DNA of 63,815 nt, filler included, from Octopus bimaculoides (taxonomy: Eukaryota): NCBI RefSeq assembly GCF_001194135.2. It is 6 parts of 6 records of this genome, joined end to end, with 100 filler letters (N's around TTAATTAATTAA, not from the genome) between each part and the next. Parts side by side here need not be neighbours in the genome. Positions count along the whole stretch, not along the records: positions 11,772 to 32,143 come from NC_068984.1; positions 32,244 to 43,954 come from NC_068982.1; 4 more parts are not named here. One strand, 5' to 3'. Shown here piece by piece: positions 25,696 to 37,889 of this stretch. The position numbers and the translations under genes were made by a program. How positions within the stretch are numbered: position 1 is the stretch's first letter; the number at the start of each line of letters is the position of its first letter. The notes under the pieces were generated by a model, which had not been told where the DNA came from, did not search any database, and saw only the letters and a list, made by a program, of their open reading frames with translations.

Positions 25696-26246
25696 GCGCT
25701 ATATCTTTTGGATATGATCTTTTATTAATGGGAGCCTATCGAGCCAATATGATCACGAGGTTCATCAATACCCTTCTTCCGTACACTGATTATGGCAACT
25801 TTGCAGTTGTTACCTATGCCCATTGTCCTACAAGCTACGATGTTCCATTCACATCATTGTTAAATAAATCGGAAGCAGATATAAGCCATAGTATCAAATT
25901 AAATGTTCCTGGATTGGCAGATGTTGTGCACCAGATTGGAAACGAACTATACAAAGAAAGTAATATCAACAAAAGTAAAACTGCTGTTTTATTTATTGAT
26001 CCATTGGTATCAGTTATAAAACCTGATGTAGTTAGTGAAACTAAAAAACTTAAACAGAATGGGGCAAAAGTATTTCTAATAAGCGTCGGACGTAAAGAAT
26101 GGCGAAACATACAACTTGTGCGCTCTTTGAGCAGTCAACCGTATCATAGGTACATTTACAATGCACCAAATTACAACCGATTAGTACAGAGAGCTGAATA
26201 TCGACCTTTCCAATACAGAAAAATGTGTAAAAGCAATAGGTTATAG
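25696..26246 (+). CDS. vWA gene last exon: degenerate vWA-like domain lacking MIDAS, with stop codon
   Basis: Acceptor tttcag at 25695, phase 1 in frame with the linker exon. AISFGYDLLL...FAVVTY...KTAVLFID...AKVFLISVG...YIYNAPNYNRL follows a vWA-like beta/alpha pattern. TAG at 26244-26246. Confidence 0.85.
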
Positions 26247-26829
26247 TCTTATTTCGTAACGACTGCAGGATCAGTCAAGAGAACTTCTTCCATTTACTTT
26301 ATTTTAGTAAATTATTGCTTATGTAAATATACAATTTATATTTAAAACATGATTTCTTCATCGGCACCTGCACCTACATCTTCGTAAACATTTTTGTCAT
26401 CATTCATTCTTCTTATATTCCTTTTTATGACATTGTCTGACGAGTATTGCAGAGAAACTAACTTCTTTCAGGAAATGTATTAATTCTAATTAACTGAAAT
26501 GAATAATTTTCGGTTGTTCTTCACGAGGACACCTAATCTGTTGCTGGCAGCAGTTCTTTTCCAAGTCTTTTCGAGCCATAATGTAAAAATATATACGAAT
26601 TTTGCTTCATTATGAAAGATAGGTAAGTTATCTGCAATCTGAGTTCGCAACATGTATAAACGTCGATTTTGATACAAACAACGCATAGTCTCATTTGTCA
26701 TCCATTATAAATATCTGTACTTATATCTATGTAAGAAATTTTTATATATATTGAAATAAATTCTATATTTATTATTACATAATACATTCTTGTCTCAGAG
26801 TTTATTATTAATCTTCCTTCTTTTGACAC

Positions 26830-28620
26830 TCACTCAACACTGATACATCCCTAACTCTTTACAGCAACTTGCTTAACTCCCTAAAAGTAACCTTGACTGA
26901 CACACAGACACTCCCAAGCACATTTGATCTCTTTTTCATTTCCAAACCCATTGCCTACAAGTCCATAACTGTCTCTTCACCTATGGAGTGGTCTGGTCAC
27001 TGTCTTACCACGACTACACAACCACATACATGACAAGGCCTTCCCTATGAATCCTCTAATATTTCAAGTTATGCAGAACTCTCAGTTTTATGCAATCTCT
27101 GACAGCACATGTGCTACATTTTTGAGCTATTAAGCCTTTGACTAAAACAAGCCTTTGACAGAAAGTACCGTCTCAGACATGTCTCTCCACTTCACACACA
27201 GCAAAAACTACATGCCCTATATCCCTTGAATGGTTTATTCATAATTCATATTAAAGACAAACGTCCGGAGAAATTCACGCACTCATCAAAAGTGAATGGT
27301 GTTTACCCAAGATCGTAACTCTTGCAAAATCAGTTTCCGAATCGTAAAAGATACCACTGTATATCACGCAGTCTTTCAGCTCCCCTATCTCCCAAATTGC
27401 AAGTGATCCTCCTGATTCCTTGTCAAAAGTATTACAATTAAATTTTCAGTTTGCTCTTTCCTTTCCACTTCTCTACTACAACGGTTTTGTGAATAGTACT
27501 CCTGTACGTAAAGCATCTATCTTCGCTATCGCTTTGCAACCAGCTCCACACTACCTACACGGTGAATATTTTCGAAATTACCCACTTCCATCTAACCAGA
27601 TTTATTACTTTGAATACATTCATGCTAAGCGCATTCAATACTTTGAATACATACGTACCATGCGCAAAAGTACCTCCGATTACTTCAGATCATTAAGGTT
27701 ACTGACCTGATCTTAAATTCCCACCTCTCAGCAAGCATATGACTCGATGTTTGGAAACACATTACAGTGCGTCTCATACCCCAAAGAGAAACCCATCTGA
27801 TCCCTACCAATTATCGTTCTGTCGTGCTCACTCCCAGTATCTCAAGAGTAATGGAGATACCTATAAAGAAATTCATACTTCAATATATTGATTTTCTCTG
27901 CTTCTGCCTGTCTGTCTGTTTGTCTGACTCTGTATCTGTTTGTCTGTCTGTCTTTCACTCTCTTTCTCTCTCATGACCACCATAAAACTCCTTTATGTCA
28001 TTCATGAATGGATTCTCACTCTAAGAAATTTGCTAGAGGCAATGTTCTCGGCATCAAGAAAGTTTTCGACAGCATCTGATATGCAAAACTTATAAAAGCT
28101 ACCAGTCTGTGAGCTACCCTCTTCTCTTATCTCTTGGGTCAGTAGTTTCCTATTGCGGAGCCTTTTCTGATAGAGTGCTCTCTATCTCTGATGTACACCA
28201 GAGTTCAGTTCTGTCCTTCACACTCTTCCTTCTTTATATCAATGATATTCTTGCTGTTCCAGCCAAAAATGCCCACACTTACGCACGTGTTACCGTCTCT
28301 CTACTTAAGCGTCATTCATATTAAACCTAGACACCACTTACCAAACCTAAACAGAGACCTCGAAAGCCTCCTCCTGTAGAGTTATGATAGTTTTGTGTCT
28401 TTCGAGGATAGCTCACATCAAGAAAAAATAATCACGCCTCACATTCTTAGACAGCAGTCACACGTATCTAAAGTAATATAGATCAGTCCAAATGCTAGGC
28501 CGCACTATCACTTACGCTCTGCCATGACAGGCGCACTTCCTTAACGTAACAAGCAAAATTGGCCTTTTATTTCAGAGGCAGAAAATACTTTATTCCCTAA
28601 CAATTACTGACCCACTGAAA
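26830..28620 (+). mobile_element. CR1/Jockey-like LINE relic (RT domain)
   Basis: PTNYRSVVLTPSISRVME (about 27810-27860), a KVFDSI-like motif at about 28058, HQSSVLSFTLFLLYINDI (PQGSVL-like) at about 28195-28250, YADD position decayed to YARV. Confidence 0.7.
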
Positions 28621-29229
28621 AATTCAAGGTAAGATCGCATAGTTACTAGAAAGCGAGTCGTACAAAGAGTAAAAATTCTCTTTAATATATAACTATTCAT
28701 TTATATTTACTTTTTTTTTTTTTGTATTTTAATATAATCAATATATCGGAGCCCCAAAACTACCGGGTTCGACTTCGCCTTTCATTTTTCCGAGGTCGCT
28801 AACATAAATCATCAGTCAAGTGGTATTATCGACTACATTCTTCGATGTGTCAGAGTTCTATATCTTCAATGTACTTATACATATTTGCAGTTTGATTAAT
28901 GAATTATGTCCATTTTTTACATATGTATATATATACCTCTGTGTGTGTGTATGTGTGTGTGTGTGTGTTTGTGTGTGTGTGTATCTATGATTGTGCCCCA
29001 CCACCACACTTGACAACCGGTGTTGATGTGCTTACGTGTCAATAACTTAGCGGGTTGGCTAAAGAGACCGCTACAATAAGTGCCAAGCTTGAAATAATAA
29101 GTACTAGGGTCGATCCGTTCGACTAAAAATTCTCCAAGCCTGTGCTCCAGCATGGCCGCAATATAATGACTGAAGCAGGTAAAAGCTAAAAGATAAAAGT
29201 GAAGTCAGTCTAGATTGGGAACATGACTT

Positions 29230-30300
29230 CTTTGCTTCTACGACTTCTTTGTTTCTGCTTTGTATTCACGATTCGGTCGATATGCAGAATATTCTTGCTC
29301 ATTGCGATCTGATGGTCTACTCGTGGTTTCTGACGATTCCTAGATTTTTATTTTGATTGGCAAGAGAGAACTGAATCCAGATTCATACAAGTTATGTTAT
29401 GACAAATGAAGACACAAAATCTTGGAAATATATCCAGTGTTGGAAATCAAAACCTCTCCAAAGTTTTACTTTGAAATTGCAATTTAAGAGCTTGACTTTT
29501 TGCAAGTAAATAAGGTCTTTCTTCAGTTCATCATTATCTGACATTTTCTCCAAATAGTAGATATATGGCTTCATAATAAATTTTTCTGAAATCTCCAGGT
29601 TGTCAGCAGTAAAAATCCGTCAAACAGTTTTGGCATCATTTCCAAATAAGTCATATACTTTGTAGGAGTTATAGATCCAGCAGCGTCAATTGGCCACGAG
29701 TACGGGATCCTTCCGGCAACGGGAACAAAGCAACGAGCAGGAGCCTCTCTCTTTCAATTCTTCGATACCAAACAGATAAATTTTCTTTGAAGCTATTTAA
29801 CTTTCTAAAGCCTTTAATTTATCCTTTTTCTTTAAAGAGGTATAACCAGGGCATTAATATGAGAGAAAATATCAGCCACGTAAACCAATATTTAGGTGAA
29901 TTCCTGTGATTTCAATTACACAGCTCAATTATAGTCACACCTTTCCAGAAAAAACACCTTAATTTCTCCCTGTAGTTCAAATGGTCGACCTAGAAGTTTT
30001 CTTTGTGACAACCAATGAAATTTAGTGTGGAAAAAAAAAAAAACTGAATGCTCACTTCCCAAATCTTAAAATGTTTTAAAGATGCAATCGTTGAAATCAT
30101 ACTTTATGGTGCATCTGGTAATCTTCACACACGTATCAAATCTTTAAATTTTGATAGAATGTTTATGATGCCAAAAGTCTGAAATCCCATTTTCATCAGT
30201 GCAGATAAAGCGGATTGATTTCAAGCATTTCACATGCTCTTTCCGTGTGCTCTGTAAGTGCACACAGAATTTATAACTTCGATATCTAAATTACGTTTGT
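29230..30300 (-). pseudogene. hAT (Charlie/Buster-like) transposase relic
   Basis: Minus-strand fragments FICTD, HTKFHWLSQRKLLGRPFELQGEIKVF (HTEVRWLSRG-like), YVADIFSHINAL (YLADIF-like), ENLSVWYRRIERE, DNDELKKDLI, IKIKSRN. Confidence 0.8.
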
Positions 30301-30605
30301 ACTTATTCTCAGATTTTCACAAAAGAAGAATGTTTCCTTTATAACATTGTATTAGGGTATTAGGATACTTTAATAACATGTCAACTACTGATGAGTTAAC
30401 TATTTGTGGATTCAAAAAATTGAATAGAATTTTAAGAGTATTAGCTCGATTTCTGAAATGAATTGATCCACATACATACATACATACATACATACATGTA
30501 TATATACATATATATATATATATNNNNNNNNNNNNNNNNNNNNNNNNNNNNNNNNNNNNNNNNNNNNNNNNNNNNNNNNNNNNNNNNNNNNNNNATACGC
30601 ACACA

Positions 30606-31450
30606 CAGGGTCGATGGGTAAATTGTCGCCATTCTATATTTTTAATTTAGGGCATGTGCACTGTTTGTTTTCGATTTTGTTGACTACACATTATGGTAGG
30701 GTCAGCAAACAGTACCATGAAACAATTCACTTTGTGAGAAATTTGGAAATGACATACTGTACTGCCTGGCAGTCGCACCGGGAATTCCAATACAAACAGA
30801 TGAACACAGAACAACCGTTGGCTTGCCGTGTTCCCAAAACATGTACTGAGAGTGATAAAAAACAAACATCCAGCAACATCATGATGTTTGAAGCGATCAC
30901 TAGTAATGGCGACGTTATACTTCCATTCATCTTCCCACACGGCCTCACACTCAATACGGAGGCCTACATCAAGTGCCTGGAAGAGGTAGTGCTATCCTGG
31001 GTTAAGAGAGCGGCTGCTGGAAGACCCTATGTCTGGCAACGAGACTCTGCACCATGTCACACAAGCAGGAGAACACAGTCATGGCTGTCAGACAATTTTA
31101 CCCTTAACACCTGGCTACTTAACTCCCCAGACTGTAAGCCCCTTGATTGAGCAGGGGCCTCTCTCTTTCAATTCTTCGATACCAAACAGTTGAGCGAGAG
31201 ACCAACAAATCTCTTTGTAACACCAAAGATGAATTGAAGGCAAGGATTATGGCAGCATTTACCAACTTAAACAAGGAGACCGTCCTGAAGAGTTGCAGGA
31301 GATTCCGAGGTCGTCTGAATGACGTGGTTGAAGCCAATGGCGATTTTTTTGAATAAATTTACTCTTTAGTATTTCAAGATATTTTTATGCAATTTTAGTA
31401 AATGTATTCATTTGTGCGTAATTCAGACGACAATATATTCACAGCACCCC
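30606..31450 (+). mobile_element. DD37D (maT-type) transposon, second defective copy
   Basis: TIR CAGGGTCGATGGGTAAATTGTCGCC at 30606; right end gacgacaatatattcacagcacccc. ORF fragments GRPYVWQRDSAPCHTSRRTQSWLSD and NKETVLKSCRRFRGRLNDVVEANG, homologous to 9489-10396. Confidence 0.88.
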
Positions 31451-31567
31451 NNNNNNNNNNNNNNNNNNNNNNNNNNNNNNNNNNNNNNNNNNNNNNNNNN
31501 NNNNNNNNNNNNNNNNNNNNNNNNNNNNNNNNNNNNNNNNNNNNNNNNACACACACACACACACACA

Positions 31568-31613
<46 letters not shown>

Positions 31614-31634
31614 TGTATATACGTATATATGCAT

Positions 31635-31930
31635 ATAAATATGATGGACTCTCCCGTCGTTAGACGACGTATGAGAGTTCGACAACCACACAGATGATTT
31701 GTTTATAATAGTGAAATGTTTGTGTAGACATAAGCTCACTCCCTCCATCAGATCGACATCACCTGTACAGGTGCAATGGGTGTCACATGTTAGATATCGA
31801 AATGATCGCAGAGCAACGTGAAATAAAGTGCTTTGCTCATGAACACAACGCAACGACTGGTTTGGGAATCAAACCCACGATCTCGCTATCATGAGTGCTA
31901 CAGCTTAACCACAAAGTCATGCGCCTTCAC
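31635..31930 (-). mobile_element. SINE family D (tRNA head with a CORE-like block)
   Basis: Minus strand: gtgaaggcgcatgactttgtggttaag...gggtttgattccc...gtgttcatgagcaaagcactttatttcacgttgctc. Confidence 0.7.
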
Positions 31931-31950
31931 ATGCCTCTCTCTCTCACTCA

Positions 31951-32006
<56 letters not shown>

Positions 32007-32243
32007 ATAGAAAAGATAAGACAACAAAAGAAACAAAGAGACCTCGATAATGTAAATAGAGGAATTTATCTGTAAATAATATGTGACAATTATTTGGTAG
32101 CCATAATAAAACTCCGAATTTATGTACATATATATACGACGCTNNNNNNNNNNNNNNNNNNNNNNNNNNNNNNNNNNNNNNNNNNNNTTAATTAATTAAN
32201 NNNNNNNNNNNNNNNNNNNNNNNNNNNNNNNNNNNNNNNNNNN

Positions 32244-32574
32244 TGAGATGCACCATTTTGAGCGTGGCCGTTGCCAGTACCGCCTGACTGGCTCCTGTAG
32301 GATTTTCGAGCGAGATCGTTGCCAGTGCCCCTGGACTGGCTTGTGCGGGTGGCACATAAAAGACACCATTTCGAGCGTGGCCGTTTTCGTGCGGGTGACA
32401 CGTAAAAGCACCCACTACACTCTCTGAGTGGTTGGCGTTAGGAAGGGCATCCAGCTGTAGAAACTCTGCCAAATCAGACTGGAGCCTGGTGTTGCCATCC
32501 GGTTTCACCAGTCCTCAGTCAAATCGTCCAACCCATGCTAGCATGGAAAGCGGACGTTAAACGATGATGATGAT
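32244..32574 (+). mobile_element. SINE family C (RTE-type 3' tail, (GAT)n end)
   Basis: gtggttggcgttaggaagggcatccagctgtagaaac...ccaacccatgctagcatggaaagcggacgttaaacgatgatgat. Homologous to the 3' end of the RTE LINE at about 39520-39680. Confidence 0.88.
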
Positions 32575-32699
32575 ATATATATATAAGGTACAGCTATTTT
32601 GGGGACCATCTTCCTTGTTTTTGCTGTTTAGATGTTCTCATTAATTTAGGTTTATTCTGAACTTTTTCTCATTATGTTGTCCAATTCTTCGTCTTCTAG

Positions 32700-32865
32700 A
32701 TGACTACGGAATACTGTCGACAAATGCTACGGGTTGTTGTGGCCCAAATCTGCCAACATCTAGGATGGCATTCTACCAATTCCACTCCACTTGAAGTTCT
32801 TACTGATGTGACAGAGCGATATATTCTTGATGTTAGTAAACTAACTCACCAGTATGCTGAACAGT
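32700..32865 (+). CDS. TAF3: TAF3 coding exon 1 (histone-fold / bromodomain-associated domain, N-terminal part)
   Basis: MTTEYCRQMLRVVVAQICQHLGW...LEVLTDVTERYI resembles the TAF3 N-terminus (vertebrate MCESYSRSLLRVSVAQICQALGW). The ATG directly follows the acceptor ttcttcgtcttctag. Donor gtaagt, phase 1. Confidence 0.9.
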
Positions 32866-33244
32866 GTAAGTTTTTATTTTTTGTTGTTTGTTTTGTTATT
32901 CTGGAGGAATATTTTTTGAATATTTGTTGAGTTGATGGTGATTAAATATCAAATGTATGAAACTAGAACAAAATGAAGCATGTTTTTTTCAAGTTATGAT
33001 CTGATCTCCATTTATACAATATACACTCATTAACATGTAAACAGAACACATGTGACAGATTATTCGGATCAAGAAAACTCTGCAAGTGTTCATAGGTTTT
33101 TAAAGAAGATTGTCTAAAATTCATATATGACATACATTTATAATATGAGTAAATAAGGGAGCTTCTATTTAGTTGCTTCACATGCTAGAAACCACAGCCA
33201 AATCTCCCTCACCTCATATCTTCCAGTCTTAAAATGAGAAAGGA

Positions 33245-33545
33245 ACATAATTTGATGTCCGTTGTCCATGCTGGCATGGGTTGAACATTTTGACTGGGCT
33301 GGCACGCTGGAAGGCTGCACCAGGATACAGTCTGATTTGGCGTGATTTTCTATGGCTGGATGCCCTTCCTAACACCAACCACTCCAAGAGTGTAATGGGT
33401 GCTTTTACGTGCCACTGGCACAGCACCAGTATCTATCTGGACTGTGATTTTGCTCAGCTTGATGGGTCTTCTTCTCAAGCACGACATAATGCCAGAGGTC
33501 TTGGTCATTGCCTCCGTGCGGCCCAACACTCGAAAGACGTACAAT
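33245..33545 (-). mobile_element. SINE family C, older copy in a TAF3 intron
   Basis: Reverse complement of the family C tail (gtccgttgtccatgctggcatgggttgaac...ggatgcccttcctaacaccaaccactcc). Confidence 0.8.
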
Positions 33546-35045
33546 AATGTAGTCTTAGACATATATGCTTTAAACAAAGATGAGATGATCAGGGCTTGAA
33601 TACTTTTATTCATTGGTCTGCTTAACAGAAGCTGGGGGATAAAGAACCAACATTTATAATAAGATGTGATATACATTTATTGCAGATTTTCTCTGTAATA
33701 GTTTTTGATTGAATTATTGCCTATAATAATTGGTTAGAAACTATCTCTGGAATATGTTCAAATGTTTCTGAACATGATGTGGATGTATATTAAGTTTGTT
33801 CATAAGGTGAAAGGAGAGCAAGATATCTTTATTTTTAAGAGTGCTGCATGAAATTTTATTCAAGAACTGCTGGAGTTGAAAGGGGGGGGCATGAATTAAG
33901 TGAGCCTAAAGAATATAACAAAGATTGAAGTATTAAATATTGTTAGTAACCCAAACCTGAACTCAATAGCATAGAAATGGCCACAATTAATATTTTCAAA
34001 AGTAATATATTGGAATTCAATGTTAGACTGGTGAAATCCCATTATAATAAACATCAATACAAAGATGAGAAAGAAAAAGGGAGGGAGAGAAAGAGAGACA
34101 AAAAATTTAGGGAGAGTTGATGATGTTTTATTAAAGGTAGCAGTGGGAATAATAATAAGAGAGAGAACGAGTGGGTATGTCAGAGAGAAAGGGACTGAAT
34201 ACTGAACGAACATACTGAACACTGATGATAATGGGGTGATAGTAATAGTATGAGCTGTGGTTGTGATAGAGGCAGAGGTGGTGGTGGTGGTAGCCGAGGC
34301 ATTCAGGGATGACAGTGAGAGTAAGTGATGTGAAAGACAGTGGTAATGGTGGTGTACAAAGTGGTAATGGTACTGTACAAAGTTTATTTATATTTACAGT
34401 GATGCAGCAATTTTTATTATTTAAATCTTGTAATCCTTTACAAAACTTAATGTTTACATTATTTTACAACCCGGTGACAAGTAATCACTGATGTTAGTGT
34501 GTGTTCATTAAAAAGATTTGTCCCATCCTGCTATGATGATATTTAAGTTGATGACATTGTTAGTGAGTCTGATGATAATGAAGCTGAGGCAAACAATGAT
34601 GAGTCTGACGTGTTGACAAGGCTGAGGTTGAAAACGTCAAATATGAGGGGAAAAAATCCTGTATATATGCAGACATGACTGTTTGCTTCCTGGCAACATG
34701 GTTTCAGGTTCAATCCCACTGCATGGCATCTTGAGTAATTCTTTTCTATTATAACCCTGAACCAACCAAAGCCTTGTGAATGAATGTGCTAGATAGAAAG
34801 TGAAAGAAGCTCATCAAATGTGTGTATGTATATATATACTACATAAGTAATATTTTTATAAACAAGTTACAGAGTTCGGTCAGTTGTTTATATTTAAAAA
34901 TTGTCACTTCAAATCGGAGAATAAATATCATTATGATATATGTAATATACAGTTATATATATAACAATCAATAATATGTATGAAGAAAATCATATCTTTA
35001 TTTTAAATCACACCTTAAGAATCTAACAATTGTTTCAATTGCATT

Positions 35046-35090
<45 letters not shown>

Positions 35091-36129
35091 CATCATCATC
35101 ATTGTTTAATGTCCACCTTCCATGCTAGCATTATGTATATTCATATGTACATATATAAATATACACATAATATTATTATGTCAATACATTATCAAGGTAA
35201 TCCAAATTGGTGAAATTCTAACTGAAGATCTGAAAAAATTTTAGTTGTTAAAAATCGCTAACAAAAAAACACCAAATTTAACTTTAGATATTCATTAGTT
35301 ATAGATATTCATTACGTAGAATTATTTTCTGTAGTTTTTTTTCTTTAGTTATCTATTAAGCATAACGTAGAATTCTTGTCTGCAATTTTTGTTCTTTAGA
35401 TATCCAGTGACATCATCAATTTTAATGGATAAATATACCCATTTTCTATGTTAGGATTTTTTTTATGTAGATTTCAAATTGTCAAAAAAATATGGAATTA
35501 GTATGATATTTTTTATATCTTATTTTTATAAACTAAATTAGCTATTCAATGACATTGTTCTTAGTTGAATGAATGAATGTCTAAAGTTAAATTTGGTTTG
35601 TTGGTTTTTAACAGCTAAAATTTTTTCTGATGTTCAGTTAGAATTTAACCAATTTGGGTTACCTTGATGATGTTGTGTTGACATAAATTTTCATACATAT
35701 TACTATTAACTTTGATAATATTATGTATGTATATGTGTGTGTGTGTGTGAATATATATATGTATGTATATGTTAATGCAATTGAAACAATTGTTGGATTC
35801 TTAAGGTGTGATCTAAAATAAAGATATGATTTTCTTTGTACATGTTATTCATAGTTGTTAATACTCTGAATTTTTTTAAATTCTGCATAAGAATTGTTGA
35901 ATTTATCTGTCATACATGAGGATTTACATGAGATTTGTATTGTACATACATTTATCGGTATCTTCTTGGAAATTTAACCTTATTCTTTTATACTGAGTGC
36001 TTAGTTTATATCTGCCAGGATTTTTTTAACCCCTTTTTTTCTTTTATATAGATATGTTTGTGTGTGTGTGTGTGTGTGTACATATATGTATGTATATGTG
36101 TGTGTTTGTATCTCTTTGTCTTGAAATAG

Positions 36130-36320
36130 CTTTATGGTTGTAAAGGAGCACCACTGTCATAGAAGCAGTGTTGTTCACGTCCAGTCTTCTGGTGATGGCA
36201 AAATATTACCTTGCTTGGAAACAGGTGAAGGTTGGCAACAGGAAGGGGATCCAGCCATAGAAAATCTTCTTCAGTGAATTCTTTTTGACCTATGCTGGCA
36301 TGAAAAGCAATGATAATAAC
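36130..36320 (+). mobile_element. SINE family C-related tail in a TAF3 intron
   Basis: ggttggcaacaggaaggggatccagccatagaaaatc...ctatgctggcatgaaaagcaatgataataac. Confidence 0.65.
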
Positions 36321-36434
36321 AAAGATATTTTTGTGTGTGTATGTGTGTGTGTGTGTGTGTGTGCATGTGCGCACGTGCGTGTGGGCATGTGTGTTAAGAA
36401 CTGATTGATGGATTTCTAAATATTACTATTTCAG

Positions 36435-36677
36435 ATGGACGCACAAAAGTGAATTTGAATGATTTAGGTTTGGCCTTCCGTACAATGGACATTAGTATAA
36501 GTGAATTAGAAGACTACATCAAACATGTTGATGCTTTTCCATTTGAGAAAGAATTAGTGGTGTTTCCAAAGCCCAAAAAAACCAAGTTAGGATTTCCTAA
36601 CCCAAAGAGCCGTGAAATTTACCATCGAGAAGAACATATTCCTCATTACTTGCCTTATATGTTTCCTGGTATGGAAG
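36435..36677 (+). CDS. TAF3: TAF3 coding exon 2
   Basis: YGRTKVNLNDLGLAFRTMDISISELEDYIKHV...EEHIPHYLPYMFP completes the histone fold and the HIPxYLP motif. ag/gt boundaries, phase 1 to phase 1. Confidence 0.9.
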
Positions 36678-37441
36678 GTAAGAGACTTTTTATAAAGTTG
36701 TTTGCTATTCTCTTATTTAGATTCTTTTTAAATATCTCTTTTACAAGTTTTACATTCAGTTTTACATACAAGCATTTTTGGAATGATTTAAAATTTGAAT
36801 TATTGAAAATTGTTAAGGCATGTGTTTCTTTATAAGTTGATGCCTTTTCTGCTGTTGTCCATTCAAGATTTGAACCCAAAACCTTATAATTGTGGGCCCA
36901 ATACTCTAACCACTAGACCTCATGTTTTTATAACTGGACAGATTTTTACATAAAGCTGCTTGTGCAAATGAAAGTGATGTGTATGTTTTGGAATCAAGGT
37001 TTCCTTCTTCCTTTGATATACACCTCTTGTAGCAGCAGGAATTTTATCCTTTCACAATTTTAAATTGCAAAGAAAACTATGGACCTGTTTAGAATTGAAG
37101 GGAATTTCTGCTATATGCTGTTTGTAGTAGTTGGATTGGTAGTGCAGAACACAATGGCATTAGAGTCTTGCTTTCATCATCATCAACTTTAAAAACATGT
37201 AGAAGCACCATCATATAAGACAGTTGGATTGTAACCATTCTATAGACATGTCCAACCAATGCCAGCCTACCATGATGGTGCTTCTACATGTTTTTATATT
37301 TCTAATGATGTTTAGTTTTAAAATAGTTTTAAAAAGATATTTGTTCTTCATGTATTATAAATGCATCTACAACAGTAAATAAACAATCCAATTTAATGTA
37401 ATACTTCTTGTTTTTGATACAATAGCATTTCTATCTTTCAG

Positions 37442-37646
37442 ATGAAGTTGAGGCTGAAGAGGAAGTATCTCCTCCTCCATCAGAAACTCCAGCAGCTCAG
37501 GCTGGAAACACAACTCCAGTATCGCTTCCCAACTCTCAAGAAGCAAAAACTAGTGAAAGCCTTTCTGAGACAAGTCCAAACTTAAGACCTGGTGAGAAAA
37601 GGCTCCTTAACAGTCCAACAGATGGACAGGTGTATAAAAGACAAAG
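37442..37646 (+). CDS. TAF3: TAF3 coding exon 3 (acidic, Ser/Pro-rich)
   Basis: Acceptor atctttcag, donor gtaagg. Open frame DEVEAEEEVSPPP...GQVYKRQR, phase 1 to phase 2, bridging exons 2 and 4. Confidence 0.85.
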
Positions 37647-37889
37647 GTAAGGAAAAGTTACAAATATTTCTTTCACTAAAATGTTTAGGGCATTTTAAAT
37701 TCTAAACTCAATTGAATAAGCATTTTTGGTATTGTTTACTGAAATTTATGTTAGTTTTCATAAAAACGACTATTATTTCCACCTACATTCATCCAAGAAT
37801 ATCTATGTATCAAGTTTGTTTTTAAATGGCCACTTTGTGTCAGCTGCACATGTAGCAAAAGTAATTTAGTAGTGTAACATACTCAAAAT

